Assembly: GCA_951406725.2 (NCBI GenBank)
Contig: OX597823.1
Location: forward strand, 109,554,001 to 109,618,000
Source of the DNA: Octopus vulgaris
Lineage: Eukaryota
Reading direction: 5' to 3'
Length of the DNA: 64,000 bases
Part shown: positions 1 through 14,929 of the stretch, one piece after another
Position numbering within the stretch: the stretch's first letter is position 1
Layout: the number at the start of each line of letters is the position of its first letter
Notes under the pieces: generated by a model
The model's input: the letters and a program-made list of their open reading frames with translations, nothing else
Told to the model about the DNA's origin: nothing
The model's database searches: none
Translations under genes and position numbers: made by a program

Positions 1-7
1 CAACCTC

Positions 8-90
8 CTACGTGTATGTGTATTTATATACATACATGGTCAAATATGTAAATTTATATATGAAGTTGTATGTGTTTATATCTATAACTA

Positions 91-134
<44 letters not shown>

Positions 135-445
135 GTATAAATATATGTATATATGCATATATATACATATATATGTATTTGTATATATATCACACATATA
201 TATATATATGTATATATATGGATGTATGCAATTTATATATTTATATACATACGTGTGCCTATATATATATTCTTGTCTATGTATATATATACTTATATGC
301 ATATGTGTGTGTGTATATTTATAAGTAACAATATATGCATTATAATATATATATATATATATTTAATATTTATAATATATAATACATATAATATATAATA
401 TATGTACACACACATATATTCACATATATATATATATACATACGC
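8..445. repeat. (TA)n/(TATG)n/(CA)n compound microsatellite
   Basis: Visible dinucleotide runs; one of many similar tracts (e.g. 12735-13540, 18260-18620, 19300-19790, 33200-33860, 53745-54290, 57150-57420). Confidence 0.95.
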
Positions 446-916
446 ATGTTCATTCTACCATGCGTCCTAAGCAGCTCTGCACATCAGGACACCCAGCTGT
501 GCCACCCCTTAGCCACCCGTTCATAGAAGTGTCAGTATAATGGACTACTGCATGTTGATGTCACTTCTCTTAATCTATTCACTCACAGGACGGTTTAATA
601 TTGACAATTAACAACTGTAATAAAATAGATTAAGAAGTTGATATAAAATTCAAATTGCATTAAAATCCAATGAATATTAATAACTGATTATATGTTTAAT
701 GCGGTGGCAGGAGTGGGCGAGATACAGAGGACCAAAAAGGAAAACAAATGTATACACTGAAAAAACAAACTGTATAATCACAATATTTTGATAAACACAT
801 TTACAAAAACTCCAAACGAAACACAGTGGCACACAGAAAGCAACAACGAATAACTTTCCCTCGATGTATGTATATATGTCCGTGTGTGTGTTTGTGTATG
901 CATGCATACGTACATC

Positions 917-986
<70 letters not shown>

Positions 987-1055
987 GACAGACAAACAGA
1001 CAGGTGTGTGTATATATACGTGCGTGCACACATTCATAGGTGCATACATTCATGC

Positions 1056-1086
<31 letters not shown>

Positions 1087-1583
1087 CGTACATACATACA
1101 TACATACATACATACATACATACATACATACATACATGCATACATGCATACATACATATATACATACATGCAAAGATATATACATACATGCATGCATACA
1201 TAATACATACATACATACATACATACTAAGAGGCAGGCAGACATATATGTATATGTGTGTGTGTGTGTATTTACATATAAGCACACGCCTGCAATTACGT
1301 GTGTGTACGCACACACAAATACACATATATATACAGACACATATATATGAGTTGGTGCACGCACTGACATATACCCAAACATACACGTACATAGTAAGAA
1401 CAGGGTAGGAAATATAAAGTGGCCCTAGGGGATTTTAATGAAATAAAGAGGTGAAATATAGGTAGAAGTAGTAGAATGGGTGTGGCACAATATCCTCCGG
1501 CTATGAAATACTCAACATAAAAAACACGAAGACAAGGTGTTAATGATAATATCGACAATAATGATAATAACAACAACAACAAC

Positions 1584-1657
<74 letters not shown>

Positions 1658-2255
1658 CAAAAATAATAATAATAATAATAATAATAATGATAAAAATTGG
1701 TTGTAATAACAAATAAAATAAAGTGAAGAAATATAATTTTCAAAAACGTTAAAATGTTTATATTTTTCTAAAACTTGTCCCCACTGATTGTCGTCCATGT
1801 TTGTTTTGTTTTCCCTCATTTTAATTTTAAGTGATATCAGTAGATCAAATTGCAATTCTTCTCGAAGTATAACGAAGTTATGACAAGCTGTGATGGCTGC
1901 GGTTGATATTGCTGTATGATGACTGTTTTAGTTCTGGTGGTGACGTTGATGATGGTGCTGCTGGCGGTGTTGGTTAGTGGTAATTGAAGCGGTGTTGTGG
2001 AGGTAGTTTGAAGTGTTGGGTTTCTTCTGATGGGTCTTCGTGATTGCTGTGATAATGGTTATTCACGATACAGTAAAAGTAGTTTTGGCGGCGGTATTGC
2101 TAGTAGTGATACTGTTTGTATTAGTTATGCTGGTCTAGGTAGTGTTGGTGGCGTTTAATCCTGGACGTAGCAAACGTGGTGGTAGTCGTTGGGGTGGTGG
2201 TTGTGATGCTGGTATTCTGGTGGAGGTTTAGTGAAGTAGAAGTGTCTTAGTGGTT

Positions 2256-2673
2256 GGCGTCGAGTTGGCAGAATCGTTAGCACGCCGGGCGAAATGCTTA
2301 GCGGTATTTCGTTTGCCGCTGCGTTCTGAGTTCAAATTCCGCCGTGGTCGAGTTTGCCTTTCATCCTTTCGTGGTCGATTAAATAAGTACCAGTTACGCA
2401 CTGGGGTAGACATAATTGACTTAATCCGTTTGTATGTCCTTGTTTGTCCTCTCTGTGTTTAGCCCCTTGTGGGTAATAAAGAAATAGGTATTTCGTCTAC
2501 CGTTACGTTCTGAGTTCAAATTCCGCAGAGGTCCACTTTGTCCTTCATCCTTTCGGGGTCGATTAAATAACTACCAGTTACGCACTGGGGTCAATATAAT
2601 CGACTTAATCCGTTTGTCTGTCCTTGTTTGTCTTCTGTCTTTAGCCCCTGGTAGGTAGTAAAGAAATGGGTAT
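2256..2673 (+). mobile_element. tRNA-derived SINE family A, dimer (full unit plus headless second unit)
   Basis: Box A-like GGCAGAATCGTTAG, box B-like GAGTTCAAATTCC, central GCCTTTCATCCTTTCGGGGTCGAT..AAGTACCAG domain (Meta/MESC-like from memory), tail AAAGAAATAGGTAT; more than 20 related units in the window. Confidence 0.9.
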
Positions 2674-3149
2674 AGGCTCGGCTTACAGTGATTGTGGTAG
2701 TGTGGGCTGTAGACGCAGTGCTGTTGTTTCGGTGTCATAGTGGTGACTGTGGTAAAATAGTGTTTCTATTTTGCTCAACGAGTTGTCCTTGTTTTGTCTT
2801 TGGTAATAACATTGACAATAGAATGTCAATATTAAATTTCAATCCCAAGAGCATGGAAAGTAGCATCACCACTAACAACGAACTTAGACATGAGGAATTT
2901 TACCATTATCCTGCTGGACACCGTCATCAGCAACGTGGTCTTGGCCGCGTTCGTGGTCGCAGTTGTCTACGTTCGTTATCATCGTCGACAAGCGTGTCAG
3001 ACTCTGCGTCATCGTTATCATCATTATCATCACGATCAACACTACAACAATCACAGCTACTGTATACTATCACCACTAATATAGACTCTACTACCAATAC
3101 CACGACACCATCAACGCCGCCGCCACTGCCGCCTATACAGTCGTGGTGG

Positions 3150-3204
3150 TTTCATCATCATCATCATCATCATCACCATCATCATCATCATTATCACCAT
3201 CATC

Positions 3205-3236
<32 letters not shown>

Positions 3237-3447
3237 TACCATCATCATCATCATTATCACCATCACCATCATCATCATCCTCATCATCATCACCACCACC
3301 AACACCGTCATCATCATCATCATCACCACCACCACCACCTTCATCGTTATTGTCATCGTCATCGTCATCGTCATCGTCGTCGTCATCATCATCATCATCA
3401 TCATCAACACCATCATCATCAGTAGCAGCAGCAGCAGCAGTAGTAGT
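3150..3447. repeat. (CAT/CAC/CGT)n trinucleotide mosaic
   Basis: Direct reading; source of the poly-His/poly-Ser/poly-Asp pseudo-ORFs. Confidence 0.9.
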
Positions 3448-3664
3448 TATGAAAGCAATAACCATATTTGCGCCTAGTTCTCGATGCAATAACACTGTCA
3501 TCATCTCCTCTGACCGTAAAGCATCCCGTCCTACTCATTCCTCATCCAGCAAAGCCTCACCCCCCCCCCGACCTCACTACAATGGAAACAAACTATTACC
3601 TCACCACAATGGTGCTACAAAAAAAAAAAGAAATACAGTTAGCACATCCATTCCCCCGATCTCC

Positions 3665-3890
3665 CCGCACTGGCACACCCTCACCACACCCCGATGACGG
3701 CACACCCTCACCACAAGAAAATTGGACACCCTACCACATCCAGGACTGCACATCGCAAACACCTCTACGACACCCCTACCCGCCGTCTCACACACACCGA
3801 CACTCACACAAGGCGTGCCACCCACCCACCAACCCTAACGGCACAACCCATCACACCTCGGTGGCACACTGCACTGCATCACACTCTCCA
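3665..3890. repeat. Degenerate C-rich minisatellite (~30 bp unit, core GGCACACCCTCACCACA)
   Basis: GGCACACCCTCACCACA occurs twice, followed by diverged variants GACACCCTACCACA, GACACCCCTACCC and GGCACAACCCATCACA. Confidence 0.55.
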
Positions 3891-4518
3891 ATAATTCCTT
3901 CTTAATGTTAATTGGTTTTGAAATGATTTTTATGTAAACTCATGTCCCCGTTGTTGTTTTTGCTGATGTTGTTGCCATTTAAATATTGTTGTTAACGCAG
4001 TCTTCTCATAACTGTTGTTGTGATTGTCGTTGCCGTCGTGTTCGTCTTTCCTCTTCCTTATCGTTGTCGTCGATATTAGTTTTCTAATATTTTATTTTTG
4101 TGTTCTATCTCAAAATGCACTGAATACAATTGCATTTGTCAGGTGCAGTGACGCTTCGCAGAAAGTCAACAGATAAAATGCAAATTTATAGACAAGATCG
4201 TGGGTTTTTTTTTCGTGTGTTTTGCGTGCAGCTGAGCAGTTGCTGTAATATTTGTTGTTGTTGCTAACGATTTTGTTGTTGTTGTTGTTGTTGTTGTTGT
4301 TATGTTCGCTGTCATTTAAAAAAAAATCCAATTTAAAATAAAGGTTACCGGTGGGGCTTGTTATAATCCTGATGTGGATAACCACAAAGACAAACACTTT
4401 AACCGATGTGAAAATTTAAGTTAAAATAGGAATGAAGGAGAATGAATTCAGAAAATAAAAATCAGCAGCGAAAATAACCATGTCGATGACGATGACAACG
4501 GTGATGATGATGGTGTTG

Positions 4519-4557
<39 letters not shown>

Positions 4558-4604
4558 TTGTCATCACATGAAAAATAATCTATTTGCTACTAAGTGCTCG
4601 TTCA

Positions 4605-5735
4605 TACAAAGGGGTGCTAAAAATTCATGGTTTAAGAAAACCGCGAAAACGTGTATCTATTTCTTTACTACCCACAAGGGGCTAAATACAGAGAGGACAA
4701 ACAAGGACAGACAAACGGATTAAGTCGATTATATCGACCCCAGTGCGTAACTGGTACTTATTTAATCGACCACGAAAGGATAAAAGGCAAAGTCGACCTC
4801 GGTGGAATTTGAGCTCAGAACATAGCCATTTCGCCTGGTGTGCTAATGTTTCTGCCAGCTCACCGCCTAACCGCGAGAACGTATAGTTGTTACCTTTACA
4901 GGGGATGTTGGACAACTATTTAGGAAAATATGCGCAAAAGGTCAAGATGGTAGACAATATATCTTTATCTTTTCTTTTGCAGATTTAATGCATGATGGCA
5001 GCTCCTCCAGTGGATTTTGGCTAAATTGGAGCACGGGCAAATTTCCTCTTTTTGCAAGGCAAAGGAACCGCGGAAATCCACGGCGAAATGAAAGAAATCT
5101 TTAAGGATGACTGTCCATCTCATTCCACAGTAAAAATCTGGGGGTCAATGTTTCGGACTAGTCATTTCGAGTTCACAGACGAACCCCTATCAAGAAGGCC
5201 AACAACCGCAACTACAGTGCATAAAGTCGACGCTGTGCACGTCATGGTTCCTAAGGACCACCGGATTTCAGCTGAATCCCTAGCTAAACTCTGGGGATTT
5301 CCTGCAAAAAAGTTGACTACATTATCCACAACATTCTGGACATGAGAAATCTTTCCGCAAAATGAGCACCAAAATGCCTGAACGCAGATCAGCAGCGCAT
5401 CAGGGTGGAAATGTCAAAGGCGATTTTGGACTGTTTTGCAGCGGGAGAGGTTGATTTTATGCCAGAATGTTTAGTCAGCATGGAGGAAACTTGGTTTCAT
5501 TATTATGGTCATGAGACCAAGCAGCAATAAATGGAGTGGCACCACAGCTGTTCACCGCGTCCCAAGAAGTTTCGAATTCCTCAGCTGGAAAGATTCTGGC
5601 TTCAGTGTTTTGCGACAAAAACAGAACACTCCTCATAGAATACTTGCCAAAGGGTCGCACCATCAACACATGAAGCAGAAACAACGCGGTAAGATGAGCT
5701 GTGGTGTACTACTTTTGCAGGACCAGCACACGTAA
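4605..5735 (+). mobile_element. Decayed mariner transposon (5' TIR plus broken transposase), interrupted by a SINE
   Basis: TIR-like TACAAAGGGGTGCTAAAAATTC; translated remnants GKGTAEIHGEMKEIFKDDCPSHSTVKIW..DEPLSRRP, LSAK*APKCLNADQ, ETWFHYY and SAGKILASVF match mariner HTH, WVPH and DDD-region motifs. Confidence 0.8.
4656..4868 (-). mobile_element. SINE family A monomer with ~17 bp target-site duplication
   Basis: Reverse complement of the family A unit; flanked by AACCGCGAAAACGTGTA (4639-4655) and AACCGCGAGAACGTATA (4869-4885). Confidence 0.9.
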
Positions 5736-5749
5736 CTCATGAAATGAGC

Positions 5750-6036
5750 TAAGTCGGCCTTGACGGAATTCGAAATCAGAACCTGGAGACAGACGAAATA
5801 CTTATTTCTTTACTACCGACAAGGAGCTAAACACAGAGAGGACAGACAAGGACAGACAAACGGATTAAGTCGATTATATCGACCCCAGTGCGTAACTGGT
5901 ACTTAATTTATCGACCCTGAAAGGATGAAAGGCAAAGTGAACCTCGGCGGAATTTGAACTCAGAACGTAGCGGCAGACGAAATACCGCTAAGCATTTCGT
6001 CCGGCGTGCTAACGATTCTCCCATTTTGGCCGCCTT
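5750..6036 (-). mobile_element. SINE family A, full unit plus partial second unit
   Basis: Reverse complement of family A with the recurrent GAAATA(A/G)GTATTTCGTCTG junction near 5800. Confidence 0.85.
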
Positions 6037-7318
6037 ACAGTAATTTGAAAAAAACTGTATTACGTTGCTACATCACTTTCACCATCAGCACCACCATCTT
6101 CTTCAGTAACATCACCGGCATCTCACACCCATTACTGCCAAAAGCATCATCGCCGCAACGGCCGCAATATCATAACCGTTATTAATATCACTATTATTGC
6201 CCATTCCACCAACTGCCATGCTAACACTATACCCAATATCTATGCCTCAACCGTCACCAATACCACCACCAACACCACTGCCGCCGTCGCAGCCAGTAGG
6301 AGTAGTAGTAGTTGTTGTTGTAGTATTACCACAATAACAGCCACAGCTAAAAATATTACCTCCCCTAGCCACCACGCCATCAATTTCATCATCATTACCA
6401 TCATCGTTAAGCTATCTGTTTTAGACAAGGATGTTTAGAATTTCTTGCAAAAGTTCAGAGTGATAAGCTCTCAGTCTGGGGCGAGATACACACGCACACA
6501 CACACGCATGCACATTCACAAACACACACACGCACTCACACACACACACGCACACTCATGCACACGCTACCACGCATAAACACACATGCATTCATACACA
6601 AACATATTACACACAGATACACATTCACATACGTTCGTACACAAACATATATTATGCGGGCACACACACACGAGCACACTCACTCACGTACGCATGTACA
6701 CGTACACACACACATACATATGTTTGTATGCACAAACACATACACAACACATGGATTTATTTATATATATATATACATATGTATGTATATGTATTCTTTT
6801 ATCCGTTTTACTTTTTCAGTCACTAAACTGCGGCGATACACATATATGTGTATGTATGCATACGCACATGCATATATATACACAAATACGTTCATACACA
6901 CACACATACATATACATTTACAATTTTTATATATACATACACGTTTGTGTTTTGTTTTGATGTGATCCAGCTGGCTCAGATAGGAGCAACGAAGAAAATT
7001 TAAGCACATACAATGATGAACGAGGAATTGAAAACGGAATTTATATAAATACAAGAACCCATCAATGTACATGAAACATCAGGCTTTTACAACGTTTGTG
7101 TATCATATGAATCATTTCTGAACAATAAGCGGTCACTATGAGGACCGATGTCTAATCGAGTGTGACTTCATAAATGATGTCCTAAGGGAGATAATTTAGG
7201 CTGGCCCTGTTTTTATTGTTTTCAACCATTCGGCCGAGTAGTTCGGCCTTCGCAGAAAACCTCTTCAATTTAGTTTCAATATTCCATTCTTGCACACCTT
7301 TTATAGTGTTTTGGTTAT

Positions 7319-7731
7319 GGCGAGCTGGCAGAAACGTTAGCACGTCGGACGAAATGTTTTGCGGTATTTCGTCTACCGCTATGTTCTGAGTTCAAATTCC
7401 GCCGAGGTCGACTTTGCTTTTCATCCTTTCAGGATCGATTAAATAAGTACCAGTTACGCACTGGGGTCGATATAATCGACTTAAACCGTGTGTCTGTCCT
7501 TGTTTGTCCCCTCTGGGTTTATCACCTTGTCGGTAATAAAGAAATAGGTATTTCGTCTGCCGTTTCGTTCTGAGTTCAAATTCCGCCGAGGTCGACTTTG
7601 CCTCTCATCCTTTCGGGGTCGATTAAATAAGTACCAGTTACGCACTGGGTCGATATAATCGACTCAATCCGTTTTTCTGTCCTTGTTTGTCCTCTCTGTG
7701 TTTAGCCCCTTGTGGGTAGTAAAGAAATAGG
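7319..7731 (+). mobile_element. SINE family A dimer
   Basis: Two body units joined at AAAGAAATAGGTATTTCGTCTG (~7540-7560). Confidence 0.9.
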
Positions 7732-9283
7732 TTACATACGCAGACATCCAGAGCGTAACTAATGATTAGTGTTAAGTTGCTAATACTCAAACTACTAACT
7801 TATAGATCTGTTGCACAAATATTGATTATTTGCGTTACACAAGTGTGACAAAGCTGGTACATTGAATTACAGATAGAACCAAATTGCGAGGCTTTTATTG
7901 AGTTTTCGGCTATCCCAAAATCCTAACGTGGCTTAGGTAACCTCAGGATAATGGCAAAGGCTAGTAACAACCACGCTATACTGTGTGATCGAACGCAGGA
8001 TTTCGTGGTTACGAAGCGAATTTCCTAACTTCTCAGCCATGGCTATATCAATACGTATTGTAGGGACACATAACCATTAAGCATACGTATTACTCAGGGT
8101 TAAGAATATTTTTCATCGTAGATCTGCTCGATTGAATATTGCATCAGCTAAACGACATCAACAACACAATTGCCAAAGCAACATCAAATACAGAAATACC
8201 AGCAACAACAACAACAACAGAACAACAACAAAGACAGCAGTAACTGCAACAACAACAAAATCAAGACCTTTCTGAAATACACTGAAAAACAAAATGTTGG
8301 TCTAAAATAATATGGTATAAAATATTCTGCTTTAATATATTTTTTTAATTGATATCAGATGATCCAATACTATGTTTATGATGTTCTGTCACTGTGTAAT
8401 ACGATACGACATCGTCAATTAACATAGAATGCAATAAGATATAGCACGCTACAATAAAACGACGTAAAACATGCTACTTTAAAATGTACATGAAATAAAT
8501 AGATTAATGTGTATAAAATTTCACAGAATATAGTTATAACGGAATTAAATAATATGGAATATCATTTAACCAGCAATATTCAAATAAATAAATCGGAAAA
8601 ATTCAATGATCGCAGATGAATAGCATTTGATAGAGTTCTCAGATCTCCGCATAAGCGAAAAAAATTGTTATCTCTCATCGTAAATTGAAGACAGTAAGTC
8701 AAGTTCAATTTCATTTTTATTTTCGTTGTTGTTCCCCAGACCGACATCGAATGAGTAGACCAATAGGCAAAAGTTTAGCAGTAGGACTATTCAAGTCTTT
8801 GTCTACATTACACTATCCTGTGTATCCTTCAATGATCTAGCTGCTATGTGTAGCAGATCGAGTAGTCACACAGTTCTCTTTGGTGACGAATGAATGAAGA
8901 CAACTTTAGATGTTGTAGTTCATTATTTTAGAAAATCGGTCTATCTTAAAATTGCTTTTTCAAATCTGTAATGTAGGTTGAAAGACATACTGTAGAGTTT
9001 AGGAACGATACAATTCCATACCAATTTACCATTCTTTATAAGGTACTCATTTCATGAAATAAATGATTTTTCTCTGCTGACTCAGAGAAACTTACACCAA
9101 AGGACAGATATTTCACAGAGAGGGATGCATAATGTATATCAACAACCCACGTGTGTAACAACATAAAATGCAGACCTTATTATCGTTCTAATGAAAGTTC
9201 GGATTTTGCAGAGACCAGTTTCCGTTTTCATCTTCGTCGGGTAGTGACAATTTACTTTTTCGATAACTATTCTTAAAAATGAA

Positions 9284-9529
<246 letters not shown>

Positions 9530-9641
9530 CCAAAAGTGGCATCGGAGTGGCGATGCATATCCTGCACACAGACAATTATTTTGCGAATTATAGTGTGGCT
9601 TACAATACGTTGCTTACCCAAGCTTTTTGATTGAACTTAAT

Positions 9642-10827
9642 TATCAGGTTGAGTAAAAAGTAAGCAACGTTTTGAACCATAAAATATGTGTACCGGACTT
9701 TTGCAGAGTTTTGAATATTTTTAAACCTTTTTTTTTTGTAATTGTTTGATAATACGGACATAGACTTACCTAAATTCATCAATAAATCAACATTGATATT
9801 CTTTTGCTCCGTTGTTACAATCATCTGAAATAGTATTGTCAAAGCAATTTTGCTATTATACTTCAAAAAAGGATGTAAAGCAGCTGAAACTGTTCGCGAT
9901 ATCAACGAAACGTTTGGTGAGGAAATGACCACTGAGTGGTCAGCTCGAAAATGGTTTAAACAATTTCACAAATCTGAACCTTGAAGATCGTGAGCGTGGT
10001 GTACGCCCGCCTGTCATCGATGACAGTCAATTATAGCCAGTCATTGAGAAAGATCCACATAAACCACCCGAGAAATAGCAAAAGAACTTCAAAACAGCTT
10101 GACAAATGCGTACCACACGATTTGAATGAAAATCAGAGAATACACATGATGAGAAATTTGCTCGTCGCTTCTCCTCCGTAACCAGATCGAGCCATTTCTC
10201 GACCTTATTGTAACATGCTGTGAAAAGTGGATTCTGTACAACAATAAAAAAACGTTCTTCGCAGTGGTTGGATCAAAATGGAGAACCGAAACCCTTCCTT
10301 AAACCTGAGCCCTTCAATAAGAAGGTTATGCTGACTGTTTGGTGGTGTACTACTTGACTCATATACTATAACTTCTTAAAATCCGGAAAAAGCCATTACT
10401 GCAGAAACATATTGCCATGAAATTGCCAAAATAACCGAAAAATTGTGACACCTCCGTCCCAGGCTGGTCAACAGAAGAAGGACAATCATCTACCACACAG
10501 TTCATTAATGATGCTCCAGAAGTTAAGGGAACTAGGCTACGAAGTTCTTCCCCACCCAGCTTATTCTCCAGACCGTTCTCCTACCGACTACCACTTTTTC
10601 AATAACCTTGATGGTTTCCTGTGAGAGAAGGAGCTCAAAAATCAAAACGATGCTTAAAGTACATACAAAGAGTTCATCTCCTCCAGAACTCCAGATTTTT
10701 ATGTTACCGCAAAAATATATTGATTGTAATGGTGCTTACGTTAATGAATGAAATTGCCGCATTGTTGAAATATATTGTTATGAATTTTATGCTTAAAAAC
10801 TTTGCTTAGTTTTTACTCAGCCGGATA
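9642..10827 (+). mobile_element. Near full-length decayed mariner (Hsmar1/SETMAR-like) with both TIRs and TA flanks
   Basis: Left TA-TCAGGTTGAGTAAAAAGTAAGCAA and right TTGCTTAGTTTTTACTCAGCCGGA-TA are inverted repeats; remnants AAETVRDINETFGE, KCVPHDLNENQ (WVPHEL), IVTCCEKWILYNN, KKVMLTVWW and HPAYSPDRSPTDYHFF (YSPDLAPSDY); many frameshifts. Confidence 0.92.
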
Positions 10828-10837
10828 TCATCATTTC

Positions 10838-11620
10838 TTTTAAGCATCAGCATTAGAGGTGAGATTAAGAAATCAACTCGTAAATTAACAAAACCCTTGA
10901 ATCCATCAGAGTATACACACACATACACATGCACACGCACACATACACACAAACACACACTCAGACAGTCACATACCTGTGTATGTATTTATGTATGTAT
11001 GTATTTATGTCTACGCATCATGATCATAGGTGCATCATGATATATACACATGCAGACGGGGGTCGCTTCATTGAAAAAGAATGAGAACAAAATTAAATAT
11101 CCATAGAAAAGTATTTCATAGAATTTCGGTGTTTTGAATGTATTTTAATGATGGCATGTGAATCAAGCGTACTGCAGCTCGTTATAGGATATAGGTAATA
11201 TGACCACTTCCTTATCGGGAAATTTGCAAGTTCCATTAAAAGGATTTATTTTTAAGCATCACCATTGGAGGTATTCATACTCCGGTGGAATTAACAAATC
11301 AACTCCTAAATAAGCGAAATGCATAAATCCATCACTGTACACCCCCCCCACTGACACATATATATATGTGTGAGTATGTATGTACCCACACGTGACTCCG
11401 CAAATAGGTACTCCGTGAAATAAACACGCGCAGACGACGTTCGATTCATATGAAAAAGAAAGTGAACAAAATAAAAAAATTATAGAAACTATTGCATAGA
11501 ATTTAAGAAGTGTTTCACCATCATACGTTTTTATACTCCGGTGAAATTAATAAATCAACTCGTAAATAAACGAAACCCTCTAATCCATCACTGTACAGAC
11601 ACACACACACACACACATAC
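10838..11620 (+). repeat. Old imperfect tandem triplication of a ~300-400 bp unit
   Basis: AAATCAACTC(G/C)TAAAT...AATCCATCA recurs near 10870, 11296 and 11553; GCAGACG..GAAAAAGAA..GAACAAAAT..CATAGAATTT recurs near 11052 and 11430. Confidence 0.75.
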
Positions 11621-11741
11621 ACACATGTATACACACACATACTCACACAAAGTCGCATATCTATGTATGCGTTTACGGATTTTTGAAGACAATCAAACCA
11701 AATTTTCATCCTTTCGAGCCATTTATCCAGTCAGTATTTTC

Positions 11742-12346
<605 letters not shown>

Positions 12347-12734
12347 AAGACAATATATTATAGACTTTTTGAAAAACTGAAGCAATTTTCCCCTTAGCAA
12401 ATCAAAAGAACCCCTCATGTAGGCGTTAGTGTAAAATTTTAACCTTACTGCCATTTCAACTGTACATCATCATATAGTCAAGATAGCAACAAAGCAATAT
12501 AACATACAGTGATGTTAAGACAAGCCATTATGATAAAACAAGAGAACATACGATAAAATACAAAGTTACGTAACATAATAAAGAAACTAAAAGTGCAATA
12601 CGACATAAAACATATGCTACCTTCATATACGTTTTTATTTACATTTATCTATATTTTGTCTGTAATTTCACTACAGCTCCCCCTCTCTTTTCACTATCTT
12701 CTTTGAAACCCCAGCATTACATACAATCCTGCTT

Positions 12735-12841
<107 letters not shown>

Positions 12842-12972
12842 TACATATATATATATATATATGCACATATAAATATATATATTTATGAATGTATGCATAT
12901 ATATACACACATACACATATAAATATACATTATATATATATATGTATGTATGTATGTATGTACGTATGTATG

Positions 12973-13015
<43 letters not shown>

Positions 13016-13319
13016 GTTCATTTGAAACCAGTTTAAAGGTATTGACATGTTTATTTAAGTTTTAATGTTGTTTTCTTTATCTATGTAGTTGTATAGGTTT
13101 CTCTTCTTTTCCTCGCATGTGCTGGCTTATATTTTCGAAGATAAAAAAATGAAAATGAAGAATACGCATACAGAAAGCTAAACGCAGACATGAACATAGC
13201 CATAGCTACAAGAATATACCTGTGTATGTGTTTGTGAATGTACACACACACACACACACACGTAAACACACACATTTTTCCATACTCACAGATCCCAGCA
13301 CATGTATATGTGTCTATGT

Positions 13320-13401
<82 letters not shown>

Positions 13402-14199
13402 GTATATATATATATATACATACATATATACATATACATATATATATATACATATTCATACATATATATATATATATACACATTCGTAAATATATATATA
13501 TATATTTATATATGTATGCATGTATGTATTAACATCATATTTTAGTAGTTGGTAATTTACAGTTTGTATTTTTCCATCTTCCACCCGAGTCCAACCATAA
13601 GTCTTTACTGGAGATAGGATGTCTGCCTATTGACAGGTGCTATCAGATAAAGTACAGATATGAATAAATAAACTATATATGTATATATTTGTGTCTGCGT
13701 ATCTGTGTGTGCGAATGTATGTTTATTTTTGTGTATACTTTTATTTTTGATTTTATTCATGTCCACCATCATCAAAGTCACCTTGGAGAGCAAAATGAAA
13801 CACACTACAAATATAAATTGAAAAACTTACATGCATACATACATACATACATACATACATACATACATACATACATACATACATACATACATACATACAT
13901 AAATGCATAGATGTAGAAAAGGAAAGAATGGAAGTAAGATGGTAAGAAAGAATGAACGAAAGTGAGAAAGAAATAAAGAGCATATGTAGTGAATTAAATA
14001 ATTGTTTAAGATGTACGGTAACATCTTGCTTCACGCTTTTGTTCAAAGATAGAAATTTATTTATCTAAGCGACGCACACATTCGGACACACATACACAGT
14101 TACACACACAATTATACACTTACATACGAGCAGGTGCGTCTATACATGTAAGAATGTGAATGTGTGTGTATGTGTGTATATATTCGTATAAAATCGTTC

Positions 14200-14830
14200 G
14201 TTTTCCATCCTTGTTTTGTATACATTCGATCCTTTTCCCAAGAAATATAATGCTCGTAGCTTAGTTTTTCCTTGGGGCTGGCCAGATTTGAGCAATTTCA
14301 AGATTAATAAGCCGAAATTGCGAGGAAGATCCGGTTCTTGATTGAAGATTAGAGGCTTCGAATGACCCATCCATGTATTTTGTATCGTCTATTTGAATGT
14401 TCTGCGTTCGTGTCCCATATTGTATATATATATCAATAAATATAAGGGTAGCAAAAAAATTATAGAAAAAATTCTCCGCTGCCAGCGGTCTAGTGAGACA
14501 GATATGATAGTCAAAGACTATGTAATATCCATTCAACAATATAAGGAATGGCCATAATAGGCCATTCGACTCACTAGAAAGAGCAGCCAAACTCAAACCA
14601 CTAAATAGTTGTAATTCTGAAATTGAAAGAGAAATAAAAACATTTACCCTTTTCATCTCTGGACTATGCATAGTTTCGACAAACTTTGCCTCGTGGACAT
14701 ATACTCGTCCTCGGCTTCTCTGCTGACGAGACACGCCAGTTGTAAATAAATTTAATTTAATTTAATTAATTTGTTTACAAATGTTTGTCGAAAATATGCA
14801 TAGTCCAGAGATGAAAAGGGTAAATGTTTT
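14200..14830. mobile_element. Probable Penelope-like element terminal repeat (pLTR) in inverted arrangement
   Basis: 48 bp inverted repeat 14637-14684 / 14783-14830 overlapping a hammerhead motif; inverted partial pLTRs and hammerheads are hallmarks of Penelope-like elements; left boundary approximate. Confidence 0.6.
14717..14811 (+). ncRNA. Type I hammerhead ribozyme motif (predicted GUC cleavage after 14805)
   Basis: Stem I TCTCTG/CAGAGA, core CTGACGA, stem II GACA..TGTC enclosing an AT-rich hairpin, GAA, near-palindromic stem III AATATGCATAGT, C17. Confidence 0.85.
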
Positions 14831-14929
14831 CATTCGTCTAGAATGAAGTATACCATTTGTGATCCTGACCTGCAATATTTAAATCATATATCCGTATTAC
14901 TAGAGCTATGTCTTAGTGCAAAGAAGAAG

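Noticed and set aside
2688-3697. 245 aa His-rich and 184 aa Ser-rich ORFs
   Set aside because: Frames stay open because of (CAT)n-type repeats; open in several frames and on both strands, with no domain or clear splice signals
7545-7731. SINE A repeat unit as a hammerhead retrozyme monomer
   Set aside because: No CUGANGA/GAAA core with compatible stems found on either strand
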